Below are positions 10,394 through 20,833 of a stretch of DNA of 64,000 nucleotides, in pieces (the stretch's first letter is position 1; each line of letters begins with the position of its first letter). The notes below the pieces were generated by a model. It saw only the letters and a program-made list of their open reading frames with translations. It did no database searches and was not told the origin of the DNA. The stretch is from an uncultured Chloroflexota bacterium (GTDB lineage Bacteria > Chloroflexota > UBA11872 > VXNJ01), in the NCBI GenBank assembly GCA_913043205.1, contig CAJWLF010000013.1, forward strand, positions 4,787 through 68,786. Reading direction: 5' to 3'. Both the position numbers and the translations under genes were made by a program.

Positions 10394-11683
10394 ATGAGTG
10401 TCATGTGTGTTGTAGGAACCCAGTGGGGGGACGAAGGCAAAGGCAAAATCGTTGACTACGTATCTTCTGAGGCCGATTTTGTTATAAGGTTTCAAGGTAG
10501 CGACAATGCGGGTCACTCTGTCATAAATCAGTATGGTGAATTCGGTCTACATCTAATACCTTCCGGTATCTTTCACACCCAAGCTACAAATCTGCTCGGC
10601 CCAGGAACAGGCATCAACGTCGAATCTTTCATGCAGGAGCTGGCTTCCCTGCGTAAATCCGCACCCGAGCTGGAAATGGAAAAGCGGATCCTAATTGCCG
10701 AAAGGGCCCACGTGATAATGCCATACCATCTATCAATCGACTCCGCCGAAGAAGAAGGTCGAGGGGAACTTGTGCAGGGAACCACACGGAGAGGCAATGG
10801 GCCCGTATATTCGGACAAAACAGCTCGCTCAGGAGTTGTGGTGGCAGATCTATTTGAGGAAGAATATTTACGACGATACTTACCACATGTGATCAGACAA
10901 AAAAACTTATATCTTGAAGCCGTATTAGGAGCTGATCCGGTAGATGCAGGAGAAATGATAGAGAGGTGTCTAGCTTGGGGGGAGCAGATCCGGCCCTATG
11001 TGGTAGATTCGTTTCCAATTATCAAGGGGGCCCTAGAACAAAATAAGAATATTGTACTCGAAGGTCAATTAGGGATAATGAGAGACTTAGACTGGGGCCA
11101 TTATCCATATGTAACCTCATCAAGCCCATCCGCAGGCGGGGCCTCAACAGGAGCAGGAATATCTCCTAATCAAATTGACAAAGTGATCGGAGTAGCAAAA
11201 GCATTTACATCGTCCGTGGGAGAGGGTCCATTCCCAACCGAGCTCAATGATGAAGTCGGAGAAAAACTAAGGATTCAAGGTCAGGAGTTTGGCGTATCCA
11301 CCGGAAGACCCAGACGAGTAGGTTGGATGGATACAGTTGCAGTTAAATTCGCATCCGCTCTTAACGGCCTGACAGGTTTGGCCCTAACAAAGATTGATCT
11401 ATTGGATTCCTTCCGCAATATTCCAATTTGCACAGCATACAAAGTCAGAGGAAAGCAAATTGACTGGGTTCCCAACACGCACCAACTTTACCGAGCCGAA
11501 CCTGTGTATGAAGAACTCCCTGGCTGGAATCAACCCACAGCCGGAATAAGCGAATGGGAAGACTTACCACCCGAGGCCCAAAATTATGTATTGCGTATCG
11601 AAGAACACATTGGAGTACCTGTACAATTTATCGGGACAGGTAGGCATCGTGACAACATAATTGCGAGAAATCACAAAATCTGA
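10394..11683 (+). CDS. purA: Adenylosuccinate synthetase
   Basis: QWGDEGKGKIVD, NAGHS, GHYPYVTSS, TGRPRRVGW. Confidence 0.97.
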   Translation: MSVMCVVGTQWGDEGKGKIVDYVSSEADFVIRFQGSDNAGHSVINQYGEFGLHLIPSGIFHTQATNLLGPGTGINVESFMQELASLRKSAPELEMEKRILIAERAHVIMPYHLSIDSAEEEGRGELVQGTTRRGNGPVYSDKTARSGVVVADLFEEEYLRRYLPHVIRQKNLYLEAVLGADPVDAGEMIERCLAWGEQIRPYVVDSFPIIKGALEQNKNIVLEGQLGIMRDLDWGHYPYVTSSSPSAGGASTGAGISPNQIDKVIGVAKAFTSSVGEGPFPTELNDEVGEKLRIQGQEFGVSTGRPRRVGWMDTVAVKFASALNGLTGLALTKIDLLDSFRNIPICTAYKVRGKQIDWVPNTHQLYRAEPVYEELPGWNQPTAGISEWEDLPPEAQNYVLRIEEHIGVPVQFIGTGRHRDNIIARNHKI

Positions 11684-11748
11684 GCATAAAACGTTGTCAG
11701 TCTGCCTCCAAAACAATCCTAAGATATTAAATTTGCATAAAACTAGCT

Positions 11749-11776
11749 TTGCTAGAACACCATAAAACAATATACT
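11749..11776 (+). promoter_or_regulatory. Putative sigma70-type promoter of the pyr operon
   Basis: TTGCTA-N16-TATACT, ending about 7 nt before the PyrR-binding leader. Confidence 0.6.
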
Positions 11777-11782
11777 CTCCAT

Positions 11783-11815
11783 GCCTTTAATCCGACCCAG
11801 TGAGGCGGAAAGGAT
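11783..11815 (+). promoter_or_regulatory. PyrR-binding RNA stem-loop (pyr attenuator leader)
   Basis: CCTTTAA-TCCGACCCAGTGAGGCGG-AAAGG matches the PyrR binding-loop pattern (CUUUAA...CCAGNGAGGC...AAGG), directly upstream of pyrR. Confidence 0.85.
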
Positions 11816-11860
11816 TGCGTGTTATCTATGGTGTGTCTTTTACTGATTAGCATTGGTTAT

Positions 11861-11891
11861 AGCCCTCCCAGTGTCGGGAGGGTTTTTCTTT
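11861..11891 (+). terminator. Intrinsic terminator of the pyr attenuator
   Basis: AGCCCTCCC-agtgtc-GGGAGGGTT stem followed by TTTCTTT. Confidence 0.85.
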
Positions 11892-11895
11892 AGTT

Positions 11896-12438
11896 ATGGT
11901 AAGAACCATTTTGGATCCAGGGGCCATGCGTCGAGCCATAGAACGTATCTCCCATGAGATACTTGAACAAAATCAAGGCTGTACAGACCTGGTGCTTGTT
12001 GGCATCCGCACTAGAGGAGTCCCTCTTGCTGAAAGAATCGCCGAAGTCATTCATCGAATAGAATCACATCGCCCGCCGGTTGGGCAACTCGACATTACTA
12101 TGTATCGAGACGATCTGTCGATGAAGATGCGCCCACCGTCTGTGAGCCCCACAGATATACCACACAGTCTTGATGGTATTAGTGTAGTAATTGTAGATGA
12201 CGTTTTGTATACAGGGCGCAGTGTTCGGGCAGCAATGGACGCATTGAATGACCACGGCCGACCTAGTACCATCCAATTGGCTGTCATGATTGACCGAGGA
12301 CATCGTGAACTGCCAATAAGGGCCGATTACGTCGGCAAAAACGTCCCTACCGGACAAGATGAGCAAGTTGCACTACAAATATCCGAGATCGACGGTGAAG
12401 ACCTAGTGTCTCTGACTCGTGCCGGTGATGAATTATGA
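11896..12438 (+). CDS. pyrR: Bifunctional pyr operon attenuation regulator / uracil phosphoribosyltransferase
   Basis: [56 protein letters not shown]. Confidence 0.97.
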   Translation: MVRTILDPGAMRRAIERISHEILEQNQGCTDLVLVGIRTRGVPLAERIAEVIHRIESHRPPVGQLDITMYRDDLSMKMRPPSVSPTDIPHSLDGISVVIVDDVLYTGRSVRAAMDALNDHGRPSTIQLAVMIDRGHRELPIRADYVGKNVPTGQDEQVALQISEIDGEDLVSLTRAGDEL

Positions 12439-13397
12439 CTAGCTTCGAACAAGCAAATTTGTTGGACCTGGATACTTACAGCAACGAAGATATTTCTGCA
12501 GTACTTGAGACAGCAGAAGCTATGCTGCCAATCTTGCAGAGACCAATTGCACGAGTGCCTACCTTACGTGGGAAAACGGTAGCGATGGTTTTTTCTGAAC
12601 CAAGCACACGAACGCGAGTTTCATTCGAACTAGCAGCAAAGAGCTTGGGAGCTGATGTCATCACCATAGTTAATTCAGGTAGTAGTATCGAGAAAGGAGA
12701 GTCGATAACAGATACCGTGAAAACCGTACAATCTTTAGGGGCAAACATGCTCGTCATAAGACATCAAGCATCGGGCGTCCCTTATTTGGCTGCCAAAACT
12801 CTAGACATCCCAATAATCAACGCTGGAGATGGGTCCCATGCTCATCCTAGTCAATCCCTGTTAGACATGTTTACTATTAATTCAGAATTGGGTGAAATCA
12901 AAGGCAAGCGTGTAGTCATTGTTGGAGACATACTTCATAGCCGGGTAGCAAGATCCAATATCTGGGGTCTCACAAAAATGGGAGCCACAGTGGTTCTCAG
13001 TGGTCCTTCTCAGTTGTTACCCTCTCACCTGCAAGAAATTACAGATTTTCAAGATCGAGTTTCAACCGACTCTAATTTGGATCGGGCAATAGAAGGGGCC
13101 GACGTAATAATGGCACTTCGCATACAAAAAGAGCGTATGACGAGTATGTGTATGCCTGATATAAGAGAATATGCGCAACTATATTCAATCAACAAAAACC
13201 GCTTAGGGTTGGCAAATCCAAACGCCATATTGATGCATCCAGGACCAATAAACCGTGGCGTCGAAGTTTCTGATGAAGTGGCCTATGGAGAGCAATCCAA
13301 AATACAGTCACAAGTGATCAATGGTGTCGCAACACGTATGTCGATCATATACCTCTTGTCTGGTAATAGCAGGGAGGTTCCGATTGGCCAAAGCTAA
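12435..13397 (+). CDS. pyrB: Aspartate carbamoyltransferase catalytic subunit
   Basis: [40 protein letters not shown]. Confidence 0.97.
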   Translation: MTSFEQANLLDLDTYSNEDISAVLETAEAMLPILQRPIARVPTLRGKTVAMVFSEPSTRTRVSFELAAKSLGADVITIVNSGSSIEKGESITDTVKTVQSLGANMLVIRHQASGVPYLAAKTLDIPIINAGDGSHAHPSQSLLDMFTINSELGEIKGKRVVIVGDILHSRVARSNIWGLTKMGATVVLSGPSQLLPSHLQEITDFQDRVSTDSNLDRAIEGADVIMALRIQKERMTSMCMPDIREYAQLYSINKNRLGLANPNAILMHPGPINRGVEVSDEVAYGEQSKIQSQVINGVATRMSIIYLLSGNSREVPIGQS

Positions 13398-14727
13398 GAG
13401 TATCCTAATCCAAAACGGTCGAATTATAGACCCAGCCCACGGACATGATGACATTTCCGATCTACTGGTTATTAATGGCCGAATAGAGGCCATAGGCCAT
13501 AACCTGGCAGCACCCAACGGATCTACTATCATCGATGCAAACAAATTAATTGTATGCCCCGGGCTAGTAGACCCTCACTGTCATTTGCGACAACCTGGAT
13601 TTGAATACAAAGAAACCATTCTCAGTGGATCTAGGGCAGCTGCTGCAGGAGGATTTACCACAATCTGTAGTATGGCTAACACAAAGCCAGTTGTAGATTC
13701 CCTCGAAGTACTACAAACAATATTAAAACTTGCCAAGGATGAAGCTTCTATACGAGTACTCCCATTGGCATCCATCACAATGAATATGCAGGGTAAGCAA
13801 CTAGTTCAAATGGGTGAACTGGCATCGGAAGGAGCGATAGGGTTTTCTGATGACGGAATCCCTCTGGGCGATCCACTCATTATGCGACACGCACTAGAAT
13901 ATGCATCTCAATTTGAGTTACCAATCGCCAACCATGCCGAAGACCCTAGCCTAATAGCCGGATCTTCAATGAACGAAAGTCTCGTGTCAATAAAGTTAGG
14001 GCTTGTAGGGGCACCGAGACAAGCTGAAGAAATAATGTTGGCGCGGGACTTAGCTCTCACTGAATTAACCGGAGGTAAATATTACGCTCTGCATATTAGC
14101 TCCAGAGGATCGGTACCAATCCTTCGTCAAGCACGAGAACATGATATCAACTTTTTTTCGGAAGTTACACCACACCACTTAACGCTCACCGATTCAATAG
14201 TGAATGGACGAGAAACCCCAAGCGAAGCACGCTTGGCTCCTTACGATGGGGATACAAAAGTTAACCCACCGCTGAGAGAGATCGAGGATGTACAGGCATT
14301 GAGAACGGCCCTGGCAGAGGGCATCATTGACTGTATCGGGACAGATCACGCCCCACACGCATCGCATGAGAAGGATCTGGAATATGCTAGAGCAGCACCA
14401 GGCTTTTCGTGCTTTGAAACTGCGCTAGCATCATGTCTATCCCTAGTCCACGATGGCACCATGGAAATGCCTGCCCTCCTGGAAAAGATGACTATCAATC
14501 CATCGCGTGCATATGGATTGCCATACGGCACATTAGGCATTGGCTCAACTGCAGACATCCTAGTTTTTGACCCAACAAAGGATTGGGTTGTCGATAAGAA
14601 AGCGTTCCTGTCGAAGGGTAAAAACACTCCATATCACGGTCTACCCCTAAAAGGAAAAGTGCTTTGGACCATCTTCGAAGGGGCAGTCGTCTATAACTCA
14701 TCTGATCACGAAAGTTCACACAATTGA
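13384..14727 (+). CDS. pyrC: Dihydroorotase
   Basis: DPHCHLR, AAAGGFTT, FSDDG, KVNPPLR, TDHAPH. Start set to TTG 13384 after a GGGAGG SD. Confidence 0.95.
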   Translation: MAKAKSILIQNGRIIDPAHGHDDISDLLVINGRIEAIGHNLAAPNGSTIIDANKLIVCPGLVDPHCHLRQPGFEYKETILSGSRAAAAGGFTTICSMANTKPVVDSLEVLQTILKLAKDEASIRVLPLASITMNMQGKQLVQMGELASEGAIGFSDDGIPLGDPLIMRHALEYASQFELPIANHAEDPSLIAGSSMNESLVSIKLGLVGAPRQAEEIMLARDLALTELTGGKYYALHISSRGSVPILRQAREHDINFFSEVTPHHLTLTDSIVNGRETPSEARLAPYDGDTKVNPPLREIEDVQALRTALAEGIIDCIGTDHAPHASHEKDLEYARAAPGFSCFETALASCLSLVHDGTMEMPALLEKMTINPSRAYGLPYGTLGIGSTADILVFDPTKDWVVDKKAFLSKGKNTPYHGLPLKGKVLWTIFEGAVVYNSSDHESSHN

Positions 14728-15968
14728 TCCACCCTGAACCTTCGATTAAGGATGACAATCCGTTACAACCATCATTAGCCAAGACTTTGACCGTCTTGAC
14801 TCTTGAAACCGGCCAACATTTCTTTGGTTATGGATACGGAGCAAACCAAGACGCTCGTGGTGAATTAGTATTCAACACGAGCATGACGGGATACCAAGAA
14901 ATATGCACGGATGCCTCCTACCGTTCCCAAATTGTGACCCTAACTTATCCCCTAATCAACAACTATGGGACCAATCTTGAAGATGTTGAATCACGACGAC
15001 CGTGGATTTCGGGGCTAGTGGTCCGAGAACTATCTCCTAATTCGAGTAACTGGAGGCATAAGAAAAGTCTCCACAGATTTCTTTTGCAAAACAATATCCC
15101 AATCGTTGGAGGCATAGATACAAGAAAGCTTGTTCGAATATTGCGCGGCGGCGGTATACACCGGGCGTTTATCACACAAACTCCAAGTGATTTCCCTGAT
15201 CCTGGAACATTCATTTGGACTACAGGACAGGTGCAAGGGTTGGACAGATTCTTAGCTGATCAAGTAGATCGTGCCAGATCAGTTTCGCCATTGTCAGACC
15301 AAAACCTCGTAGAAGAAGTCACTAGCATGAACCCAAGTTTCTTTGAAGATTCGTATTGGGGCCCCTGGAGAGCCCCTAATAAACGCAAGGCAACGCATAG
15401 AATCGCAGTTCTAGATTGTGGGGCAAAAACGAATATCCTCAGGTCTTTAGCCATTCGAGGCTGTGAAGTAACCCTGCTCCCATATGACACTAGCCCAGAA
15501 GACATAACCAGTCTTGATCCTGCAGGAATAGTTGTAGCAAATGGACCTGGTGATCCTGAACAAGCTGATATTGCAATTAATTCGATACGGAGAATCATCG
15601 GTAAGATACCAATAATGGGTATTTGTTTGGGTCATCAATTAGTGGCGTTAGCAATTGGAGCTTCAACCAGCCGCTTAAAGTTCGGCCACCGGGGAGCCAA
15701 CCACCCAGTCAAAGATTTGTTAACCGGCCAAGTCCACATCACTTCTCAGAACCATGGCTTTCAGGTGGATGAAAAATCAATCCCAGCCTGTAATGGTTAC
15801 CGGGTCAGTCATGTAAATTTGAATGACGGGTCTGTCGAGGGTATAACTCACGATTCCCTTCCAATATTCACTATTCAGTACCATCCTGAAGCATCACCAG
15901 GCCCTCAAGATAATCAATATCTATTCGACCGGTTCCTTGATATGGTGGAGAAATTTGAAAAACAATAA
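14724..15968 (+). CDS. carA: Carbamoyl-phosphate synthase small subunit
   Basis: [44 protein letters not shown]. Confidence 0.97.
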   Translation: MIHPEPSIKDDNPLQPSLAKTLTVLTLETGQHFFGYGYGANQDARGELVFNTSMTGYQEICTDASYRSQIVTLTYPLINNYGTNLEDVESRRPWISGLVVRELSPNSSNWRHKKSLHRFLLQNNIPIVGGIDTRKLVRILRGGGIHRAFITQTPSDFPDPGTFIWTTGQVQGLDRFLADQVDRARSVSPLSDQNLVEEVTSMNPSFFEDSYWGPWRAPNKRKATHRIAVLDCGAKTNILRSLAIRGCEVTLLPYDTSPEDITSLDPAGIVVANGPGDPEQADIAINSIRRIIGKIPIMGICLGHQLVALAIGASTSRLKFGHRGANHPVKDLLTGQVHITSQNHGFQVDEKSIPACNGYRVSHVNLNDGSVEGITHDSLPIFTIQYHPEASPGPQDNQYLFDRFLDMVEKFEKQ

Positions 15969-18900
15969 TCTGAAAAAGGTATTAATTCTAGGATCAGGCC
16001 CGATAGTTATAGGGCAGGCAGCAGAATTCGACTATGCCGGCACCCAAGCATGCAAAGCGATGCGAGAAGAAGGAGTCCAATCGGTACTGATTAATTCGAA
16101 CCCCGCAACAATCATGACTGACGAGGACATTGCAGACCGGGTGTATATTGAACCTCTAACCTGCGAGGTTCTCGAACGCGTATTAACCATAGAAAAACCA
16201 GACGGCATCTTGCCTACCATGGGAGGACAAACAGGACTCAATCTAGCAAAACAGGCAGCTGATTTAGGAATATTAGCTAGACATGGGGTTCAAGTATTGG
16301 GCACTCCCATACAGGCTATTGAGCAAGCTGAAGACCGTGATAAATTCCGAAAATTGATGTTAGAGATCGGAGAACCTATCCCCGGCAGCTCTATAGCAGA
16401 ATCTCTGCCAGAAGCTTGGGAAGCCGCGTCTGAAATAGGATTCCCATTGATCATCCGGCCGGCCTACACTTTGGGAGGAACGGGCGGCGGAATTGCCTTA
16501 AATGCTGACACTTTTGAGGACATAGTTGTCAATGGACTGGAAAATAGCCCTATTAGACAAGTCCTAGTTGAGGAATATCTATCCGGCTGGAAAGAGATCG
16601 AATATGAAGTTATGCGGGATGGTGCTGACAATTGCATCACAGTATGCAACATGGAAAATTTCGACCCGATGGGAGTGCACACCGGAGACTCTATAGTATT
16701 TGCTCCCAGTCAGACGTTGAGCGACAAGGAATATCAGGCATTACGATCGGCTTCTATCAACATAATCAGATCGTTAAAGATTGAGGGAGGATGTAATGTT
16801 CAACTAGGATTAGACCCACACTCCTTTGATTACAGAGTAATAGAGGTTAATCCTCGAGTAAGTAGGTCCTCAGCATTAGCATCGAAGGCCACAGGCTACC
16901 CCATAGCTCGAATCGCCGCGAAAATTGCTGTTGGATTAAATCTTGATGAGATATCCAACCCGATAACTCGTGAAACAACTGCCGCTTTTGAACCTGCCCT
17001 TGACTACGTCGTGTCAAAGATACCAAGGTGGCCCTTTGACAAATTTCCTACAGGAGATCGCTCTTTAGGAACTCAAATGAAGGCTACAGGAGAGGTAATG
17101 GCTATAGAAAGGACAATAGAGGCCTCCCTAAATAAAGCTGTTCGTTCACTGGAAGTAGGTGGAAAAACTCTCCTTTGGGAAGATCCATCCTGGTCTTCAG
17201 AAGACGAACTGAATCGAGTTATAACCACCCCTAACGATCAAAGGCTATGGGCACTTATGGCCGCCCTTCGACGAGGTAGATCAGTTGAATCTATTGCGGC
17301 CAATACAGGCATAGACCCTTTCTTCATCACTAAACTAGCAAATATTCATAGCATGGAACTAAGACTCCTTAGTAATCCTCTTGATGCAGACCTCCTTTGG
17401 GAAGCCAAACAATTGGGATTCTCTGATGAAATGATAGGCAACCTGGTAGATTTGTTGCCCTTACGCGTCAGAGAGCTGCGTCACTCGCTCGGAATTCGGC
17501 CCGTGTATAAACTTGTTGATACTTGTGCTGCCGAGTTTGAAGCGTACACACCCTATTACTACAGCACGTATGAACATGAAAATGAAGCTGAGCCATTTGG
17601 GGCAAATTCTGCGGTAGTCATCGGATCAGGACCTATACGAATCGGACAAGGAATAGAATTCGACTACTGCAGTGTCCATTCAGCCTGGGCACTGCAAAGT
17701 CGAGGCAGACGCAGCGTGATGATCAACAGCAACCCCGAAACAGTTAGCACAGATTTTGACACAAGTGACCGGCTATATTTCGAAGCTCTAGACGAAGAAA
17801 GTGTCGCCGACGTTATCGAGAATGAATCCAACGGCACTTATCCATCAGCAGTGGTTCAATTCGGCGGCCAGACTGCAGTAAATCTAGCTGCTCCTTTATA
17901 CAATCTAGGGATTCCGATAGCTGGTAGCAAAGTATCTTCCATAGATGCCACCGAAGATCGTGAGAAATTCGACGAGCTACTGGAACAGCTCGGTATTCCC
18001 AGGCCTCCCGGAGCTACTGTTAGAAACATAGAGGATGCTCTTCAAGTAGCAGACAACTTGGGTTATCCAGTCTTAGCAAGACCATCTTACGTGTTAGGCG
18101 GAAGGGCTATGGAGATAGCTTCCGACAGATCAAGTTTAGAGAGATATATAAATGAAGTAACACAACCATCTCCTGAGCACCCAGTGTTGATAGATAAATA
18201 TCTTGAGGGCATGGAGGTAGAGGTCGACGCAATATGTGATGGCGAACATACACTGATACCCGGAATCATGGAACATGTGGAGAGAGCTGGGGTACATTCC
18301 GGAGACAGCTTTGCTGTATATCCACCGCTAAATCTTTCGGACCATTCCATCACAACTCTGACTGAATATTCCCAGAGAATTTGTCAGGCACTAAACGTAC
18401 GGGGACTAGTCAACATACAGTACGTAGTCTGGGATGAAGACGTATATGTCATAGAGGTTAACCCAAGGGCCAGTCGGACAGTGCCATTCTTGAGTAAAGT
18501 TACCGGAGTACCAATGGTGCGACTCGCTACAGAAATTATGTTAGGAATGAAACTGAGTGAGTTGGGATACAGTGGTGGATTGCATCCAAACACGCCATTG
18601 GTAGCAGTCAAAGCGCCTGTGTTTTCAATGGCAAAATTATCCGGCGTAGACACTTTTTTAGGTCCAGAAATGAAATCTACAGGAGAAGTCATGGGAATTG
18701 ATCACTCATATGGCCCGGCGCTTTATAAAGCTGTTGTTTCGTCCGGACTTGAGATACCTGATTCTGGGACAGTACTAATGTCGATAGCAGACCGGGACAA
18801 GTTGGAATCCTTACCCATTGCACAATTACTGTATGAAAATGGCTATTCGATAATGGCTACTGAAGGCACTGCAAAATTCTTACTAAAACATGGTTTAGAG

Positions 18901-19182
18901 GTGGAAATGGTTAGCAGATTGCGTCAATCAGTATCAGGATCTCCAACAATAATTGAAAGGATACGAGACCCCTCTACAGTTCTTATTATCAATACATTAA
19001 CTCGAGATCGCTCAACGCTGCAGGACGGATTTCACATGCGGAGAGCAGCTGCAGAAAGTCAAGTGCCATGCCTAACCTCACTTGATACCGCTGCATCACT
19101 AACAAAATCCATAGTGGCCGGCAGAGACGGGTACAACGTCAAAACGATAGACAGTTATCGTACAGGAATCCCGACAAAATGA
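15955..19182 (+). CDS. carB: Carbamoyl-phosphate synthase large subunit
   Basis: [15 protein letters not shown] and [15 protein letters not shown] halves, IEVNPR twice, C-terminal MGS-like domain. Start likely TTG 15955 after GGAG. Confidence 0.98.
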   Translation: MKNNNLKKVLILGSGPIVIGQAAEFDYAGTQACKAMREEGVQSVLINSNPATIMTDEDIADRVYIEPLTCEVLERVLTIEKPDGILPTMGGQTGLNLAKQAADLGILARHGVQVLGTPIQAIEQAEDRDKFRKLMLEIGEPIPGSSIAESLPEAWEAASEIGFPLIIRPAYTLGGTGGGIALNADTFEDIVVNGLENSPIRQVLVEEYLSGWKEIEYEVMRDGADNCITVCNMENFDPMGVHTGDSIVFAPSQTLSDKEYQALRSASINIIRSLKIEGGCNVQLGLDPHSFDYRVIEVNPRVSRSSALASKATGYPIARIAAKIAVGLNLDEISNPITRETTAAFEPALDYVVSKIPRWPFDKFPTGDRSLGTQMKATGEVMAIERTIEASLNKAVRSLEVGGKTLLWEDPSWSSEDELNRVITTPNDQRLWALMAALRRGRSVESIAANTGIDPFFITKLANIHSMELRLLSNPLDADLLWEAKQLGFSDEMIGNLVDLLPLRVRELRHSLGIRPVYKLVDTCAAEFEAYTPYYYSTYEHENEAEPFGANSAVVIGSGPIRIGQGIEFDYCSVHSAWALQSRGRRSVMINSNPETVSTDFDTSDRLYFEALDEESVADVIENESNGTYPSAVVQFGGQTAVNLAAPLYNLGIPIAGSKVSSIDATEDREKFDELLEQLGIPRPPGATVRNIEDALQVADNLGYPVLARPSYVLGGRAMEIASDRSSLERYINEVTQPSPEHPVLIDKYLEGMEVEVDAICDGEHTLIPGIMEHVERAGVHSGDSFAVYPPLNLSDHSITTLTEYSQRICQALNVRGLVNIQYVVWDEDVYVIEVNPRASRTVPFLSKVTGVPMVRLATEIMLGMKLSELGYSGGLHPNTPLVAVKAPVFSMAKLSGVDTFLGPEMKSTGEVMGIDHSYGPALYKAVVSSGLEIPDSGTVLMSIADRDKLESLPIAQLLYENGYSIMATEGTAKFLLKHGLEVEMVSRLRQSVSGSPTIIERIRDPSTVLIINTLTRDRSTLQDGFHMRRAAAESQVPCLTSLDTAASLTKSIVAGRDGYNVKTIDSYRTGIPTK

Positions 19183-19985
19183 ATCCTGCCTCTCAATACG
19201 TTGAAGTGATAAGTAACACAAAACTGTCAAATCAGTTGTGGTGGATCGACTTCCACTCAGAATCGATCAGCAATAATGCCCAACCCGGCCAATTTGTACA
19301 TATGCTGAATTCTGAAGGTGATGATCCTCTATTACGCAGACCATACAGTTTGTCTTCAATCGATCCAGATAGAGAGTCGGCTTCAATCCTCTATCACGTG
19401 GTAGGCAGAGGATCGGAGTGGCTATCAAATTGCTCACCGGGCGACAAAATTGACACTATAGGTCCTTTGGGTTCCCCTTTCACAGTATTGTCAGATACGC
19501 GCCACCTACTCATGCTGGGAGGTGGTATCGGAATGGGACCACTAATTGCTTTAGCGAATCAATATGCAAGTGAACATACAAAGACAATTATTCTCAACGG
19601 AGCTCGATCATTACACGGCATCACCCCAAGAAAATTCATACCTAAACAAAGTAATTTACTTACAGCTACAGACGATGGATCCTTGGGCCACCAAGGAACG
19701 GTCGTCGACCTTCTGGCAGACAATTATCATTGGGCCGACCAGATATTTGCATGCGGACCTACACCAATGCTGCGAGCAATAGACCATAAAATTAATCACA
19801 TTGACCATACACCCTCGGACAAACGCAAGTCTGTCCAGTTTGCTTTAGAAGCCCGAATGGCTTGTGGTATTGGAATATGCTATAGCTGTGTAGTAGCTAC
19901 AAAATCTGGCCCGAAACGTGTATGTTACGAAGGACCGGTATTTCCGATGACTAATCTAACTTGGGACTGGCAAACTGGAATCTAA
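19179..19985 (+). CDS. pyrK: Dihydroorotate dehydrogenase electron-transfer subunit
   Basis: [33 protein letters not shown]...VC.EGPVF [2Fe-2S] motif; position in the pyr operon. Confidence 0.9.
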   Translation: MNPASQYVEVISNTKLSNQLWWIDFHSESISNNAQPGQFVHMLNSEGDDPLLRRPYSLSSIDPDRESASILYHVVGRGSEWLSNCSPGDKIDTIGPLGSPFTVLSDTRHLLMLGGGIGMGPLIALANQYASEHTKTIILNGARSLHGITPRKFIPKQSNLLTATDDGSLGHQGTVVDLLADNYHWADQIFACGPTPMLRAIDHKINHIDHTPSDKRKSVQFALEARMACGIGICYSCVVATKSGPKRVCYEGPVFPMTNLTWDWQTGI

Positions 19986-20048
19986 ACTTTGAATTCGGTA
20001 TGAATGCACTTCATCCCTGTCCTACATTCAAAGCACATAGCTTTCAGA

Positions 20049-20684
20049 CTAATCGTCTGGCTGAGAAACAATGCGGAGGTATGGTTTGGGAGATTCCCAA
20101 CCATTCGGAAATTTAGATTTTGCCTCATCATCGCTTACTGTCGGAGATATGATGACATGTTGACCGTTAATCCAGTCTGCTGGTGTCGCTACCTGATGAT
20201 TTGCAGTCAACTGGAGTGAATCCAGAACTCGCAATATCTCATCAAAGTTTCTACCAGTGCTAGCAGGATAAGTTAGGCTCAATTTAACTGTCTTGTCAGG
20301 ACCAATAACAAAGACCGACCGCACGGTAAGCGTATTGTCAGCGTTGGGATGAATCATCCCATAAGTAGCCGCAATGTGCCGATCAGGGTCTGCTATCAAG
20401 GGGAAATTCAAGGCCGTACCCTGAGTCTCCTCAATATCTGATGACCATTCAATATGATCCTCCAATCCATCTACACTCAAACCAAGCACTTTCACATCAC
20501 GTCGATCAAACTCACTCTTCAAGGCAGAAACTCGCCCGAGCTCCGTGGTACACACAGGAGTAAAATCAGCCGGGTGACTGAAAAGTAATCCCCAAGAATC
20601 ACCGAGGTAATTATGTAGAGAAATCTCACCGTCAGTAGATTCTGCAGTGAAATCTGGAGCAATATCACCTAGCTGTAGCGTCAT
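20049..20684 (-). CDS. 1-Cys peroxiredoxin (Prx6 class)
   Basis: FSHPADFTPVCTTELG, YPASTGRNFDEILR, VATPADW. Confidence 0.96.
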   Translation of the reverse strand: MTLQLGDIAPDFTAESTDGEISLHNYLGDSWGLLFSHPADFTPVCTTELGRVSALKSEFDRRDVKVLGLSVDGLEDHIEWSSDIEETQGTALNFPLIADPDRHIAATYGMIHPNADNTLTVRSVFVIGPDKTVKLSLTYPASTGRNFDEILRVLDSLQLTANHQVATPADWINGQHVIISPTVSDDEAKSKFPNGWESPKPYLRIVSQPDD

Positions 20685-20833
20685 TAGACCATTCCTATAA
20701 TTCTATCGTTAAATACTCAATAATGCTTCAACACGCGACGATAGCGTAGCACATATTATCTACTAATTATAGGACTTTAGTTATTAATTAACCGTGCCAG
20801 CAAAGTGGATAAATCAGAATGAAATCACGCCAA

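Noticed and set aside
13321..13383. Extended N-termini in the ORF track (pyrC; also wzt, wzm, carB, qor, crcB, GH88)
   Set aside because: Downstream starts fit SD positions, stop/start overlaps or family N-termini better, so the extensions are treated as ORF-calling artefacts.
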